A DNA stretch of 64,000 nucleotides. It comes from Paragordius varius. Its lineage: Eukaryota; Animalia; Nematomorpha. The position numbers and the translations under genes are program-made. The DNA is taken from positions 3,348,001 through 3,412,000 of the forward strand of contig OZ176057.1 of the NCBI GenBank assembly GCA_964247055.1. The letters run 5' to 3'. This document shows, in pieces, positions 21,760-35,926 of the stretch (positions within the stretch are counted from its first letter, which is position 1; each line of letters starts with the position of its first letter). Below the pieces are notes generated by a model. The model worked only from the letters and a program-made list of their open reading frames with translations, had not been told where the DNA came from and did not search any database.

Positions 21760-23509
21760 TTTTGCGCATTGTGCGAATATTACAGTAAATATCAGTGGAA
21801 CTTAAACTGCCAAGCCCTAAAAGTGTTTTGTTATGGCCCTGAAAAATTTACTGAATTCAGATGTACTTATTTTCAGTAGTATAAATATCTGCAAATGTCT
21901 CAAACACTTATTTTTTTATCGGTATTATATGGTGTACGGCCCTTGGAACAAGATAAAATTTGCAGTCCTTTATTTTTTGGGTAAGTATCACTGGTATATA
22001 TTGTGTGAACAAAGCTTTAACATAATGTAATTTTACACCATTACCGAATTTGGTCAAAAGAAGCAATATTTATTTTTTTATCTTAGCATATATTTTATTA
22101 TCGTGTTATCGGTTCTTGTAGGTTTATAAGAACTGGACTATTCGAGCGAAAAAGATTTTCGGTTACGTAAAAAATTAAGTCAAACATGGATATTAGATTT
22201 ACTTTTCTAATATAGTTTATTAGTTATAAAAAATTGGAATGAAACAGTATGCACATAACCAAATTTGTTTAGCACAATACAGTTAATTGTGCAATTTTTC
22301 GGATAAATTACGATTAAAATATTCTAAATTGGTTGGCAAGGCCAAACAAATGAAATATGTATATATATAGAATATTAAATTTTAGAGCATGTTCCGCTTT
22401 AAAAAACAATTTTTAATATGTGAAGGTTTCCCTAACCAAATTTTGATATCAAAAGCCACATAGGAAATAAAGTTAAAAAAACCAGTGGCTAAACAGCTGA
22501 CCCCAATTTCAACAAAAAGTCATATATTTTAAATTAAGTTTTCAAAAAATCAAAAAATGAAATTTATTTGCCCATGATAAAAATATACTTACAGACATGA
22601 TATTAAATTGTAAAAATTAAATATTTTATTAAAAAAGTGGACAGATTAAAAGATGGATGAATAGTATAGAAAAAATGTCACTAAAATCGACATTCAAAAG
22701 GTATATAAATAATGCGTATATGACATATTTTTTAAAAGAAACTCTAGTTTTTACTCTACACATGAATATTAAGGAATATTATTTTTTGAATATGAAAAAA
22801 ATCCGAAACTTTTAATTTTCTCCTTGTATAAATTAAACATTAAAATCACGCCAGGTTCTGTAATAAAGAATGGCATGGTTACGGATATCAAAAACCTATA
22901 ATTGATATATATACAGGTATAAATAGATGTTAGAGTATAGAGGTAGTTTTGTAGGAGAAAACAAACTATACGAGATAAAAGCACAATTAATATTAGCAAA
23001 TTTAGAACAGTCAATTGGTATAAATCTCGTTTGGTTTCCCTCAACTGATATAGGCGTATTTGTGAGATTAAAAGTTTTTTCGATGTCTGACCAGTTTCTC
23101 CATTCAATGGCAGTTGAATGGCTTTTGGTTCGTGTAAAATGATGCCTGGCAACATAGGCAAATTTTTTGAGTCGTTTTTCTGGCGACAATGTTTGAAATA
23201 TTTTTTTATCACATTATATTTTACAAGTAAAGGTTTCCAATATCTCAACTTTAAACGTAAATCCTTTGTTTCATGTTGGTGATCCTTATTATTCGAAAAT
23301 AGATTATTATCTCTTGAATGAATTTTGCTGCTTCTTTGTGAATTCCATATAAGGAAATGCGTGAAATTGCAAATATTTATACGTACAACTTCTACAAGAG
23401 CACACGTTCCGAAAATTAAAAATATATAAGGAATCAACTTGGTCACAATAGTATTAAACGTTTAAATGAAATGTTTTGAGATGTTTCGTTTAAACCAGTC
23501 CGGTTTCAT
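21760..23509 (-). pseudogene. Degraded type II membrane glycosyltransferase, probably alpha-1,3-fucosyltransferase (GT10 family)
   Basis: In-frame MKPDWFKRNISKHFI*TFNTIVTK followed by hydrophobic LIPYIFLIFGTCALVEVV; overlapping long ORFs 22769-23446 and 22896-23189; downstream HYVKALFTQYIPVIL, CKFYLV and shifted RTPYNTDK resemble GT10 YVxELxKYIxVD and YKFYLAFENSxCxDYITEK. Confidence 0.5.
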
Positions 23510-25010
23510 TTTATAAGCTAAATGTATTGTTATCAAAACAATGCTAATAATATAAGCACTGTATAAAAAGAGTTTGACACGATGCCAAGTTCTATTGTAA
23601 TTAAAAGTAAAAATTAATCTAATGACACGATAAAACATGGTCAGGAGAAGCGCATAGCTTTGGGTAGTTATTAGAATTTGATTGCATGAGAACAGTAGAT
23701 AGGGTTGCGGAAAAATTTCTAAAAAAATGCAAATTTTACCGATTGTGTGCGTTTACAAAAAGGCTATAGAATATATTCTGCTAAAAGACATCCATTTCTG
23801 TTTAAGACTCCTTTTCCAATGTTTAAAGATTATATTATGACAATGGTTTAATCTGAGTTTCGACCCAAAAGGTAAAGCCTTTGGAAAATATCGAATTAGG
23901 AGGAAGCATATTAGAATTGCATGTAACACTAAACATGTCTATTCTATAAAATTCATGATTTTCCGAATTTTAAACATAGGAAAAATGGAGTTTTATTTCA
24001 AAGAACAATAATCTTATTTTTTGGCTACCAAAAAATTAATTAAAATTACCCAAATGGATTTTTTTTATAAATGCAATTATTGTTAACTAATCGCCAATTG
24101 TGGCTGATAATAAATACGCCTTAATAAAAAATCTAATTTGTTAATTGATATTGGGGCATTATCATGCAAAGCGTGCACAATGGCTACGTTTTTTGGAAGT
24201 TTCACGTTTATAAAGAGATTTTTATGAAAAATATATATATAAGGGGGCTTTAGTTTTTTGAAATTACGTGTGTTCTCTAGTAATTAATTAGTTTAAATGA
24301 AACGTACATAAGGTAATTAAAAATTGGATCTAAGAGCTTAAATGATTATCCACATATATATCTCCCTATAAAGGTACTATTAGGCCAATTAAATTAAAAA
24401 TATTTAAAAAATTTTAACCCAAATCGTCAATATTAAAGTATGTTAATTATAAATTTTATTAGAAATTGAGATTTACACATTAAATACAATTTCATTCCCA
24501 TGGAATTAATATTTAAAAAATAAAAAAACTTACCTTCGCCTGCTATCAAACATAGGCTTCTATACATGAGTTGTCAAATTCCACTAAATGTTTGTGCATT
24601 TTTTAATTTTGAATGATGCTTTATCCGATCTTAGACAATTGCAGGTAAAAATTGTTAAATTTAAGCTGTGTCTGAGGTCGATTATCAATCATACTTTAAA
24701 CCAGATAGGTGTCAGTGACTTCCAAAATTAATATCTTATTATTCCCTGTAAATTTAATTTTTAGGTATCATGTCAGCCCAATATTGTGTATACCACATTA
24801 ATCTTTGATTAATTTTTTACTAGGCTTTTTAGGGAAACTTTATCAGCAATGGTAAAGCCGAAAGAATTGGATTTACTAATGCCCATGTGATTATATGAAA
24901 CCGGGTGATTTTTCAAGTTCTAGTGCGCCCCGCGGAACCATTTGTATTGGTAATGGGAGTTTTATATTAAAAAGAAAACATTTATTAAATACCAAAATTA
25001 AACATGTCTG

Positions 25011-25144
25011 TGTAATATCACATACTTGAATTACATATTAGCTACTTTGCTTGAAGATAAATTAACATTAACTACGTGTATCATAAAGTGTTATAAGTGT
25101 TTAAAGGTGCGTTTGTGTCCACGAAAATAGGATTTAACTTAACA
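25011..25144 (-). repeat. 134-bp 3' LTR with adjacent polypurine tract
   Basis: Minus strand reads AGGGAAAGAG (rc at 25148-25157), TAA, then TGTTAAG...GATATTACA (TG...CA ends). Confidence 0.8.
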
Positions 25145-28100
25145 TTACTCTTTCCCTGTCCTTGATATCTATCTGGTGGGTGTCGGATTTGTATTGGGTA
25201 TGACCGTTCTGTGTGAGTCAGTGGTAGGTGATATAGTGGGTGTTTTTTGGGATTCCAACTCAATGATGGGTTTCGAGGGTTGAGGCGGTATGCCGAAGCT
25301 TCGGTCGTGACAGTAGGGTAGGTGAAACATAGGTCATGCGATGATGGTGTTTCTTCGGACGATGTTGTCTTTTCCATTATTCTTTCACATCCTTCCCTTG
25401 GACTCAGTTGATCAGCGTGTTTTCAGATGATTTTGTTACTATCTCGAATTTCATATGAGAGTAATCCGAGTCGTTTATTTATTCCTTTTCGCATTCATTA
25501 GTTCATTTTATATATTTTTTTCGTATTCAAGGTATTTGTGGTTCGGTTGTACACCTTCTAAGAAGTCTGTGTGTTTATATTACAGCCAAGTGATTGGATT
25601 GGGCGTAATACATTTTAGGAAAAATCGTGCGGGACATGTATTTGTAGCACTGTGAATAATGCGGTATCCCCAAAGCGTATTATTTAATTTAAATGCAAGC
25701 CACCGTCTCTGCTGACCGGTAATGTGTATTGAGGGTATATATCACTCGTTCCACCATTCGCTCGTTTTTGGATGATAGGGAACTGATGTTACATGTTTAA
25801 TGTTTCCCGTTTCCCTGTATTTTTTAAACTCCTTAGATGTAAAGTAAGACGCGTTGTCGGTTACTCTCATTTTTGGAGATCCATATCGACTGAAACATTC
25901 GTCTAGGAAATTTAAAATATTTTTTGTCGATATAATTTCGATAGTTTAACTCCGACCCACGTGAATAATTGTCAATAATAACTATCCAATAAAAATTGTT
26001 TATTGGGCCTGCTACATCTAGATGTAATCTCTTCCATATTGCTGTAGTAGTGTCCCATTTGTAGGGGGTGTTAAGTTTTCGCATCGGACGGTTTTCTTGA
26101 CATTTTTTACACGTATCTACCTACTTTTTTATGTCGCTTTCCATGTTGTGTTAAAAGACAATTTGTTTTGCTAGTTCGTACATTGCTTGGGACCCCGGGT
26201 GTCCGACGTGTAATAATTGTAATTACTTTTTAAGATTCGGGAATTAATAAACTATCATGCCAATATAATAACCCGTACGTATTTTCAATTTCATTTTTAA
26301 AATAGTGGAATTATTATTTTATTGGACCAATTGTTTGTTCTTATTGCACCTATTAACTGTTTTAATACAAAGTCGGTTTCGGTCTGGCTTCTAATATGGT
26401 CACGATTTATATTGAATAGATTACAATTGACAAACCTTACATGTTTCGCTGTTTGAAGGCTTTCTGTATCTTATTGTTGTGGTTCTGTCGGCATGCGAGA
26501 CAATGGATCTGCAATGTTTTCGTGATTTTTAATGTACCGTAGATTGTAATTAAATTCGCTAGCTTTATATATCAAACGTGGTAGCTTGGAATTATTTATT
26601 TGGTTTAGTTTTCAATTATTTCCAATAAACTTTTTATGGTCTGTGATTAGTACGCAGTTCAAACTTCTTCCCCGTAATAAAAGTTTCGAATTTTTCAAAA
26701 GCGAAAAGTATGGCTTGTCATTTCTTTTCTATCACTGAATAATTTTCTTCGGGTTTAGACCATTTTCTAGATGCGTAGGCAATGGGTTTATTTATGACCC
26801 AATGCGGTGGTCTGTAGTGATACTGCTCCGTACCCTTTGTTCGATCCGTCTGTTTTAATTATTATAGGTAACTCAGGGTTGAACAGAGTTAGTTTAACAA
26901 TAGGAATATTTAACTTTTGGCTCTGTTATAACAGTCCTCTTGTGGTCCATCAGGGTTTTTTATAACTCATTAGATCGTGAAGTATAGCCTAACTATGCAA
27001 TTTCGGGAGGAATCGTGAAAATTTATTAAGCCTAAGAAGGACTTGAGTGTTGTTTTGTCAGTGGGTTTTGGGAAGTCTTGTATGGCTTCTTTATCGGCCG
27101 GTGGTGATATGCCGTTTTTGATATAACTATCCTAAATAACTTACAGATGGTAATAATTTTAGTTTTCTTTACTTAATTTTAAACCAGATTCGTCTAGACG
27201 CTTAAATACCCTTTCTAAGTTTTTTTATGATAGTTTCGGTTTTTCTATTATTAAAATATCGCCCAAATATACAGTTGTTCCTGGGCAATCACCTAAAATT
27301 TTACCCATTAATCTTTAAAAAATGCAGGGGGCGCTTGTTAGGCCAAAGTAAAGCCTTTTATATGTAAAATACCCTAGGGGTGTGGTAATTGTTAGTAACT
27401 TTTGACTTTCTTGATCTATTGGCAATTGCAGATATGCGTCTTTCAAATCGATTAACGACCAATCCTATTTTGGAATTAATTCGTCATATGTCAGTATATT
27501 ATAAATATCATCTACTAGATGTGGATTTATTGCAACACGATAATCTGCACATAACCTTAAAGCACCATTCGCTTTTGTTATACAAACAATAGGGGTGGCC
27601 CAGGTTAGTTTCTCAGTCGTAGGGTCTATGGTTTGATTTTGTCCGCTTCTAAAGTCTCTTAATTTCAGAGTCGACTTTTTTTAATTGTATTGGAATGCTG
27701 CGACACTTAAAAATTTTTGGTTTTGTATTGTTTTTAAAAAAAGTTTGATAGGAGCAGTGAAACACCCTAACTTTTCACGAAACAGTGAAATAATTTTATT
27801 AACAAATAAATTTTCCTCAAATATATTATTATTAAAATGTTTACGCCAAATTATCAGTTTTATGGCATTCGGGAATTCTTGTAGCCAATCCCAACAAGAA
27901 TTTCTGGGGCCTTCTTGCCGCTTACAACCATACGCGCCAAAGATTTTGTTTCACCATCCTACCCCGACCATACACCTACCCTTGGAATCGAATCTTTGTC
28001 CACCATAGCTATACAAATCTGAGCCAGTTTCTTGCAACTCGGGCCTCCCATTTTTTTCCCACTGAAAACCAATTGTAGATACACTTGAACCTGTGTCTAC

Positions 28101-28365
28101 AATCATGCGTATTGGCTTACCATTAATTACTGTTGTTATCTTAGGGGTGGCTCCACATTTGATATGCTGAACGTTGCTAATCATTTTCTTCTTGCAGTAC
28201 GGCTGGAAGTGATTCCAGCATTGACACTAAAATTGCTTGCCCCAAGGTGGGCATCTGCCGGGTGAATGACCTAACCCGCAAAATCGGCACTTGTTTTGGT
28301 ATTTCCGAGCTGTAGTCTGCAATATCGGGCCATCTATTGTTGATTGGTGTGCTTTTTCAAAGTTG
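25011..28365 (-). mobile_element. Degraded Ty3/Gypsy LTR retrotransposon, copy 2 (Zn knuckle, PR, RT, RNase H, integrase, PPT, 3' LTR; 5' truncated)
   Basis: Protease DTGSSVS (27951-28184); RT LRLCADY and YKRLYFGLTSAP...VYLGDILI; RNase H ENYSVIEKEM; integrase LHVGHPG and WKRLHLDVAGP...IIDNYSR (25833-26084); C-terminal YPIQIRHPPDRYQG. Confidence 0.95.
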
Positions 28366-28937
28366 GGAAAGACAGCAGGGACCATAGCGCTATGTTGATA
28401 CACACTGTGCGATTTAATGGATTGAATGTGCTCAATTTTTTTTGATATATCTTAAATAGCAACAACTGTTTTTTATACTTACAGATTAAACATCAGTGAT
28501 TTGCTTTAATCGTTTTTTAGCAATCCAAACATTCATAAGTAAAAAATGTAAAAAATAGAAGTTTTCATATCTAATACAGGAGAAGAGGATTTGAATATTT
28601 AACAACGTTAAATACAGAATTGTTTATGATTTGTGGTAAATATTATCTCAAATATCGTAAATCAAAATGAAAAAGTAATAAAGTGTTAATGAAATTGGAC
28701 TTTGGGTTTAAAGTATAAATATAGATGCTCCCAAGATTGTATCACCCAAATAGATTTTAATATTTTTTTAATATAATTATAATTGAAAATATATTTAGAA
28801 AACTAGTCTCTAATTGCTATTTATATTTATATTTATATATATAAATATAAAATAGACCTAAATAAAAAATTTAATATGTATATCGATATTAATTACAAGA
28901 AAATTTGGATGTTTAAATTTAATGAAAGCTTTAGTCT

Positions 28938-30979
28938 GGCAAGGGGTGCATCATGCTCCGGGCGTCGTTATTTAGGGGCGCCAATCATTAAAATAATATA
29001 AATATTATATAAATGAGATGAAGAGCAAACATTATGCGAACAACTTTCAAGTAGGTATCCCCTCCAACATGTGCAAACTTATTTTTTCGCTTAAAAAACT
29101 TTTTATCACGTACATATTATTATTTATTTAATTGCCTTTAATTTATTTTAACCTCTCTCTCTGTTCAAAAATTTATCTCTTATTCTTATTTATAATTCAT
29201 TTCATTTTAATCATATTCGATTTTAAAACCCATTTAATTTATTTAAACCCCCAAGATTTTCTCTAACAAGGTAGATTTTTATTATTATTATTATAGCCTT
29301 TTATTTTTTATATTTTCATTTTCATCAAATATTAATGCCTAAATTCAGCGGTTACGCAAATAGGAAAGAAAACAGGAAGAGAATAAAACAAATAAAATGC
29401 GAATGAATATGAAACCTTATTTAACGAAAATATCGAATTGAAAAAAGTGTATGCGACACAAACATAACCATACCCCTTTATAATAAGAAATACACCTAAA
29501 GCCTAGTTTTTAATAAATATAGATGATAAAACTACAAATAAACCATGTAATTCCATGCAATGTCAATTGAAAATGTAATTTTAAAAATCTTATGTATTAT
29601 TCAGTTATCAAATTGTAGATCTCAATGCTATGATAATGCAGTTGTAATGTCGGGTCACATTTCAGGCGTTCAACGAAATGGGATTAAAAATTAAACTAAA
29701 AATCTGTTAAGCGTGAGTCTGAAATCCGATGGAGTGTTGGAATTTAAGCATTTATTGCCATTGTTGAGGGAATAGATGATTTGATAGAGCTATTAGAGAT
29801 GTGTTTTAAATTTCAATTTTTTAACAATAATTTTTTTCTGGCATCAAGTACTTAGAAGAATCGATAAGGTTTAACATAGACTGCAAGATCCTAAAATTAA
29901 TTTTAATGAAGCATTTAAGAACCTTGAATCCTAATTGAAGTATCAGATTTTCGGAATCAATTTTGCGATGAAGCCATAAAAAAAGCAAAATTGTATGTGA
30001 AAATTGGGATGTTTCTATATCATCAGCCCGTGCAAGAAAGCCATATTCCCAGGAGAATTAGATGGATTAATTCTTTCTACAGAAAGTGAAATTTATCAGG
30101 GTTATGAAACAAGTATTGGATAAATTGGAACATGAAATGGAAAAGCGATTTTCTAAGCTAAGAGATGTAAATTCTAAATTTGGATTTTTGTTAAATATTA
30201 AAAATTATTGACACTTAATAACAATAATGATTCTAAAACAATTGTAAATCTATAGGCGAATTTTACAATACAGTTTTAATGGAACAGATCTTTTTATAGA
30301 AATTTGTGAATGTCGGATGTTATCCTAAGTCGAAAAGATGTCATCCTAATCTGTTATAACTCTTAATCTTTATAATTTCATACGGGGAAGATGTGATTCC
30401 CAATTTAAGGGTTGCACCAAATACTATTAATTATTTCAACGTCAGTCGTTAGTTAATGAAAGGTCATTTAGCAAATTGATATTAATTTTAACATATATGC
30501 GATCGACAATAAGTCAAGATCGTTTGAATGACTTAACATTGTTGAGGTGGAAAGAAATTAATATGAGAGATTTTAATAATATAAATTTATTTATATGACT
30601 GTGCTGTCTATGGAAATTGTATATAAAAAATGTTTTTGTTGCATATATTGAATTGATCTTATGATAATGGCGAACAATAAAAAAATAATTGTAAATCTAA
30701 GCGAATTACAATACAATTTTAACAGAATTATAATGCAATTTATTTAATAAAATTTTAATTATGTGAAGATTTTATCACTTGGTAAGGAAAAAGGCAACTA
30801 AGAGAAAAATATCTTTTATGTAAAAATTTTTCTGGTTACCTAAATTGCTGAAAAATCTCATTTGCATGTTCTTATTATTTTTGCATTATTTAAATTTAAC
30901 TATAAAAAATCATTTAGGCGCCCCTAAATAACGGCGCCCGGGGCATGATGACCCCCCCCCCCCCCTCGGTACGCCCCTG
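28938..30979 (+). mobile_element. Degraded hAT (Tip100/ZMYM1-like) element with outer left TIR missing
   Basis: CRSQCYDNAVVMSGHISGVQR near 29610-29675; dimerisation motif ERSFSKLILILTYMRSTISQDRLNDL near 30460-30540; right TIR CTCGGTACGCCCCTG ends at 30979. Confidence 0.88.
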
Positions 30980-31579
30980 GGTAAAGTATTTTTGTTTAAC
31001 ATTTATATTATCAAACGGAAAAATATGGAAATGTATTCGAGTTTATGTATTGACAATCTTTTCTAGCAATTAGCAGTGCAATATCGACAATTTTAAAAGC
31101 AATATTTCAGATTACGTCATGATCACTGTTTTTTAATTGATTTGCAATGTGCACGACTTAATCATCTTAAACCTTAATTAACTAATTATGTCAACATCAA
31201 TTCCTTTTAATTAAAATTAAAACTGCGGCGTGATACTCTTTTTTAATTTGATGGTATTTACTATTTTGAACCACATGTCGATTATCTAAAACCTGGTATG
31301 CAGTAATCCATAAAATCTTGTAAATTATTAGGATCTTTGCCGTTACAAACCATTTTTTACTTCAATCAACTAAAATCCATCGCAAAATGTTCAGTTAATT
31401 CTCCATTGTAAATTCAATCATTTGAATCATGTAAATGTTTTTGTATTTTTACACTGATTGTTGAACCAAAGGTCTTCTAAATAATCATATACTATAATGA
31501 ATGAGGAAATAAAAATAACTACCCGAAAAGAACTTTTTGTTTTTATTGAAACGACCTGTGCTAGTCAATCCAACAATGT

Positions 31580-31672
31580 AATACATCAATCTTTTAATAC
31601 TTAATATGCATACGCGCCCGCGTGAGATTTTCTCCCAGAAAAGTAGCCGGGAAAAAAGGCTGGCCACTTCTG
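31580..31672. mobile_element. Right end of a Charlie-type hAT element
   Basis: ...AAAAAAGGCTGGCCACTTCTG followed by CTCTATCC (Charlie-like target); partner end not found. Confidence 0.45.
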
Positions 31673-31713
31673 CTCTATCCGATCTTAGTCAATTGCAAAA
31701 ATGTTTTTTAAAC

Positions 31714-31870
31714 CAGTGGTACTCACCAAAAAAATTTGTCGGGCCAAATAAAAGTATTTTTTTGGAGGGCCATGAACTTATAATGGCAATATTCCACAGC
31801 TATTAGACACTTATACTATTCAGCACAATGATTTTTTTGCGGATCGCATGCACATCCAGCAACTCGTTTT
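31714..31870 (-). mobile_element. 3'-terminal fragment of the Buster/Charlie-type hAT family seen at 51352-54261
   Basis: CAGTGGTACTCACCAAAAAAATTTGTCGGGCC... matches the reverse complement of ~54090-54261; preceded by TTTTAAAC. Confidence 0.75.
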
Positions 31871-32019
31871 GCAGCATTTAGTTTAAAAAATTAAAATATT
31901 TTGATAACAACAATTTCCCTATATTTATTATGCTTGCCCCAACGCCATAAAGAAAAGAAATTTATTTATATTTAAATTTATCTATTATATTTTATTTATT
32001 GACTATACTTCTTAATGGT

Positions 32020-34610
32020 AATATGAACAATATAGGATCTCTCAAAGCCCATTTATCATCTCCAAGCTAACAAATAAAAACATAGACATTTGTCGCCTTC
32101 AAGAGACACGAGACAAAGATGGACGAAACAAAGTCATTGATAATCATAGAGGTACCACCAGATATTGTTCTAATTGGTGGTGATTTAAATGGAGTTGGAG
32201 CAAAAAACGATAATTATGAAAATGTTCATGGAAATTACGGTTTTGGCCTTGAACATGGAGAAGCAATACTTGATTTCTGCAATTCCTTAAATTTAGTTGG
32301 AGCTAACACTTTCTTTACAAAACCAAATAAGGCTAACCTAGCAATGACAATAAATCAATAATTGATTAAGTCCTAATCAACCAAAAACACCGCTTTTGTA
32401 TAAGGAATATAAATACTTATGCATGTGAAACATTCTCTGATAGTAGCCGAACTACAGATAAGTAGTAATAATAATAAAAAATAAAATTAAAATCAAAAAA
32501 GGATAGTAATGCTCTATCTAAACCAAAAAAGATGCACCACTTTCAAAATAAGACAGCCATTATAGCTGTAGATGAAAATATGTGTATTGAAAATACATGG
32601 ACCCATTTAAAAAACGGGGCAGTAAAGACTGCACTTAAAGTTTGCGGCAAAAAAAGTATGGCAGTAAGCCACAAAAGCAATAATGGTGGTCAAATTAAAT
32701 TGATTGTCACACATCGAAAAAATTTGAATTATTTAAAAAATGTAAAAAATCAGGTTTCGATAAATTAACTTATGTATATAAAAAATGTTCATAAGATAAA
32801 TGATGTCCAAAAGAACAAGAGGAAAAGAGAAATACCTGATAAAATAGAAAGAGATACATCCAATTTGAGAATATATAGAAAGGTAAAAAGAATACAAAAT
32901 AAGATATGCCAACCTATAAATATATATTAATTATAAAAACGAAAACTATCACCACACCTGACGACGTGAAACGAACTTGGCTTGAATATATGAAGGGACT
33001 CTTAAATAAATCAAATCACGATGAATAACTGCCAATATTTAACATTGGCCCCACACCTTTCCTCAACGAAATTGACATAGAAAACAAAACAATAAAGCGG
33101 CTGGACTGAACTCTCGAAAAGTATAAAATTTAAGGATCCCATTTTAACAACACTTTTTAACAAAATAATTTGATAATAAGATCCCAACCGATTGGAACAC
33201 AGTATTACTCCAATTAAAAATAAAGGGAATAAACCAAATTGCACATCATAAAGCCCAATTAAACTCCTGGAACATACTATAAAAGTTTTTGAATCAATCT
33301 TAGCTCAGAAAATAAGGGACATAGTTAATATTGACAACATGCAGTTTGCCTTCCGAAGGCTGCAGCACAACTAATAAGGCGTCTCCAAGAAAACTGTCTT
33401 TCTAAAGGAAGCCAATTATACCATCTATTTATTGACATGGAAAAAGCGTTTAAAAATCCCTGGAACGCTTATTTTCGGGTGTCATCAAAAAAAGGAATAG
33501 ACAAATAGATCATAGATGCAATTAGGTTATTATATGACAACGGTAAACTTGTGTTAACACACACATACACATTTTGGGTACACAATTTCATTCCACATCA
33601 CAACAGGTGTACACAAGGTTCTGTTCTCGGCCCCCTACTATTCACCATAATCATAGACACCATCAGTGATAAGATTCGTACAGATCTATGGGCTCAACTA
33701 CGCTGATGATCTATGGTTAACGTCAGAAATTCTAAACGAACTCAGTCAAAAGTTCAAAAGTTGGAAAAACTGCCTTGAGCGTCATGGTCTTACAACCAAC
33801 ATTCAAAAAACTAAGATTATGATAACAGGTGACAAAAGGACTGATAAAATCAAATACCCATGCCGCGCATGTGAGACTAAACTCAATCCAATGCATTAAG
33901 TGTCAATACTGGTTACATTAACCATGTTCAGGATTAAATGGAAGTCTAATAAATAATAATAATTACATATGCCCCCCATGTACTCTATCCAAACAATATA
34001 TTCCACACATAGATGCTTCCTACCTTATAGGTGATAGCGACATTGAAAAAGTAGAAAAGTTCTATTTTGGTGATACCATTTCCGCTCAAGAAGGTTCATC
34101 TGAAGCCACCAAAAATCGTATAAAAATTGGTTGGGGTTAATACAACCAATATAGACACATATTCACCAACAAACATATATCTTCAAAACAAAAATAAAAT
34201 ATACCTGATTGGCGTTAGGCTTACTATAACATATGCTTGCGAAACATGGCAAATAAGTAAAAGACAGGAAAATATGCTGGATAATATGGAATAAACAATG
34301 ATAAATACATTTAAGCGAACAATCGCTAATGATAAACAAATCCTACCAATCTCAAAATATATCCAAATCCGTAGACTCGGCCACTACGGTCACCAAAGAT
34401 TAGATAACAATAATTGGATAAAAAATATAACAAACTTTAAGCCAAACAAACAAAACAGTGGTCGTCCATCATTAAAATGGGACAAAAACACAGGCCAAAA
34501 ATAAAAGCCGGGGACAGGTTAAACAAAAAAATCTTCAATGCAATGATTAATCACCTAAACCCCGTCACGACGGAATGCCAAGGGACCCTCCAACTATCTA
34601 TCAATAGATA
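32020..34610 (+). mobile_element. Degraded RTE-clade non-LTR retrotransposon (APE endonuclease + RT)
   Basis: LIGGDLNGVG...VHGNYGFG...GEAILDFCNSLNLVGANTFF (32119-32361), FIDMEKAF, GSVLGPLLF, NYADDL (33666-33899), RRLGHYGH and GRPSLKW; many stops and frameshifts. Confidence 0.9.
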
Positions 34611-34889
34611 TTTATTTATTGTATATTGTCAATTTCTTTGTCTAATAACAATCCTTTCATTCAGACGTATTTCTCGTGCAAAAGAGATAACAACCTTAGC
34701 GAATTCGGGCAGTTTATATTTTAATATAAAGATACGACATTTTTATAAAGTTCTATTATATGGATCATCAATAACATTTTCTGCAGAGTCTTCGTTAATA
34801 AAAAAAATATTCTGTGGTATCGTATACTGGGGCTGGTATATTTGGATCATTTTGCATTTTCGTTTTAAAATTATAATGGAAAACCTGAC

Positions 34890-35077
34890 TTTGGAATACC
34901 ACTTGTATTGATTTGCTCGTTTAAATATGTATAATTGTTTTTTAAAATTAAATTAAAATTAAATTATAAAAAAATCCTGTTGGCGGCCTCAAATTTTTTA
35001 TTTGTTTTGGCCTTTTCATGCCATTAGGTAACAGAAAATGCAAAAAATATGGTGGTGCAAAACCTTGTTAAGCAGTC
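34890..35077. mobile_element. Terminal fragment of a Chapaev3-like element related to 39502-40641
   Basis: ...ggtggtgcaaaaccttgttaagcagtc+TTA matches the reverse complement of 39502-~39720. Confidence 0.6.
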
Positions 35078-35655
35078 TTATTAAATATTTTAAACATATA
35101 CCTTTTATTTGCAAATTTTTGAATATTTTTCCATTGCACCTGAGATCCTCAATATAAATGATGTTCATTTAAAATCAGTTAAAAATAATTTGATACAATA
35201 TGTGTGAGTTCAGCAATCTAACACTGATTATTTCCCAATATCGTTGCTTATTAATTAAAATTAGTAATATTTAAATAAATCGATTATCAAATAATAATTA
35301 CCATTATGCTTGTAATATAAATTTAGGTCCTCCAATTTTTTTGGCCCTTTCACTAAGTTTTTCTACGCCCTCCTTTTGAAAAACACTGCATTTTTAATAA
35401 ATATAATTTTTTAAACGGGATAACGTTACGCTTAAATCGGAGTTTATTATAAAAATAGTTCAACCAATTTGATAAAATAAATATACTTTGAGAACAATAT
35501 ATGAATTCTCATGATAATTCTGAAGTCTTATGAGTGTCCAACTTTTGTGGTAATCAATCCATATCAAAAATTAAATTGCAAATATTCTAAATAAAATTTT
35601 TTTGGTAAAAGGTAACTTCTGATCAAAAAATATTACCAATATCATGATGTTATTA

Positions 35656-35926
35656 CAGCAAAAAATGAAATTATACAGACAAAACGTAACAATATAATAA
35701 CATTTTTTTTCCAAAAGACAACTATACTTTTTATACCTAAATTTTTGCTATATAAACTATTCAATTAAAATTTCAAATACAAAATTGACTGTATACCAAT
35801 AGTCTCACCTCCATACTTTGCGATTTTAAACAATAAGTTTGTAGATCAAGATTCAAGTATGATTGTCTTTTAGAAAATATTTGTCTTTATATATCCGTTT
35901 TTTCCGTATTATTTCCATTTTTACTG
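35656..35926. mobile_element. Tc1/mariner-like MITE
   Basis: TA-CAGCAAAAAATGAAATTATACAG...CCGTATTATTTCCATTTTTACTG-TA; related copy at 48741-49035 and partials at ~13865, ~43500, ~62660. Confidence 0.65.

Noticed and set aside
24530-24750. Minus-strand segment bounded by a good acceptor and a GAAG|GTAAGT donor
   Set aside because: All three frames contain stops and there is no supporting paralog beyond a 25-bp match.
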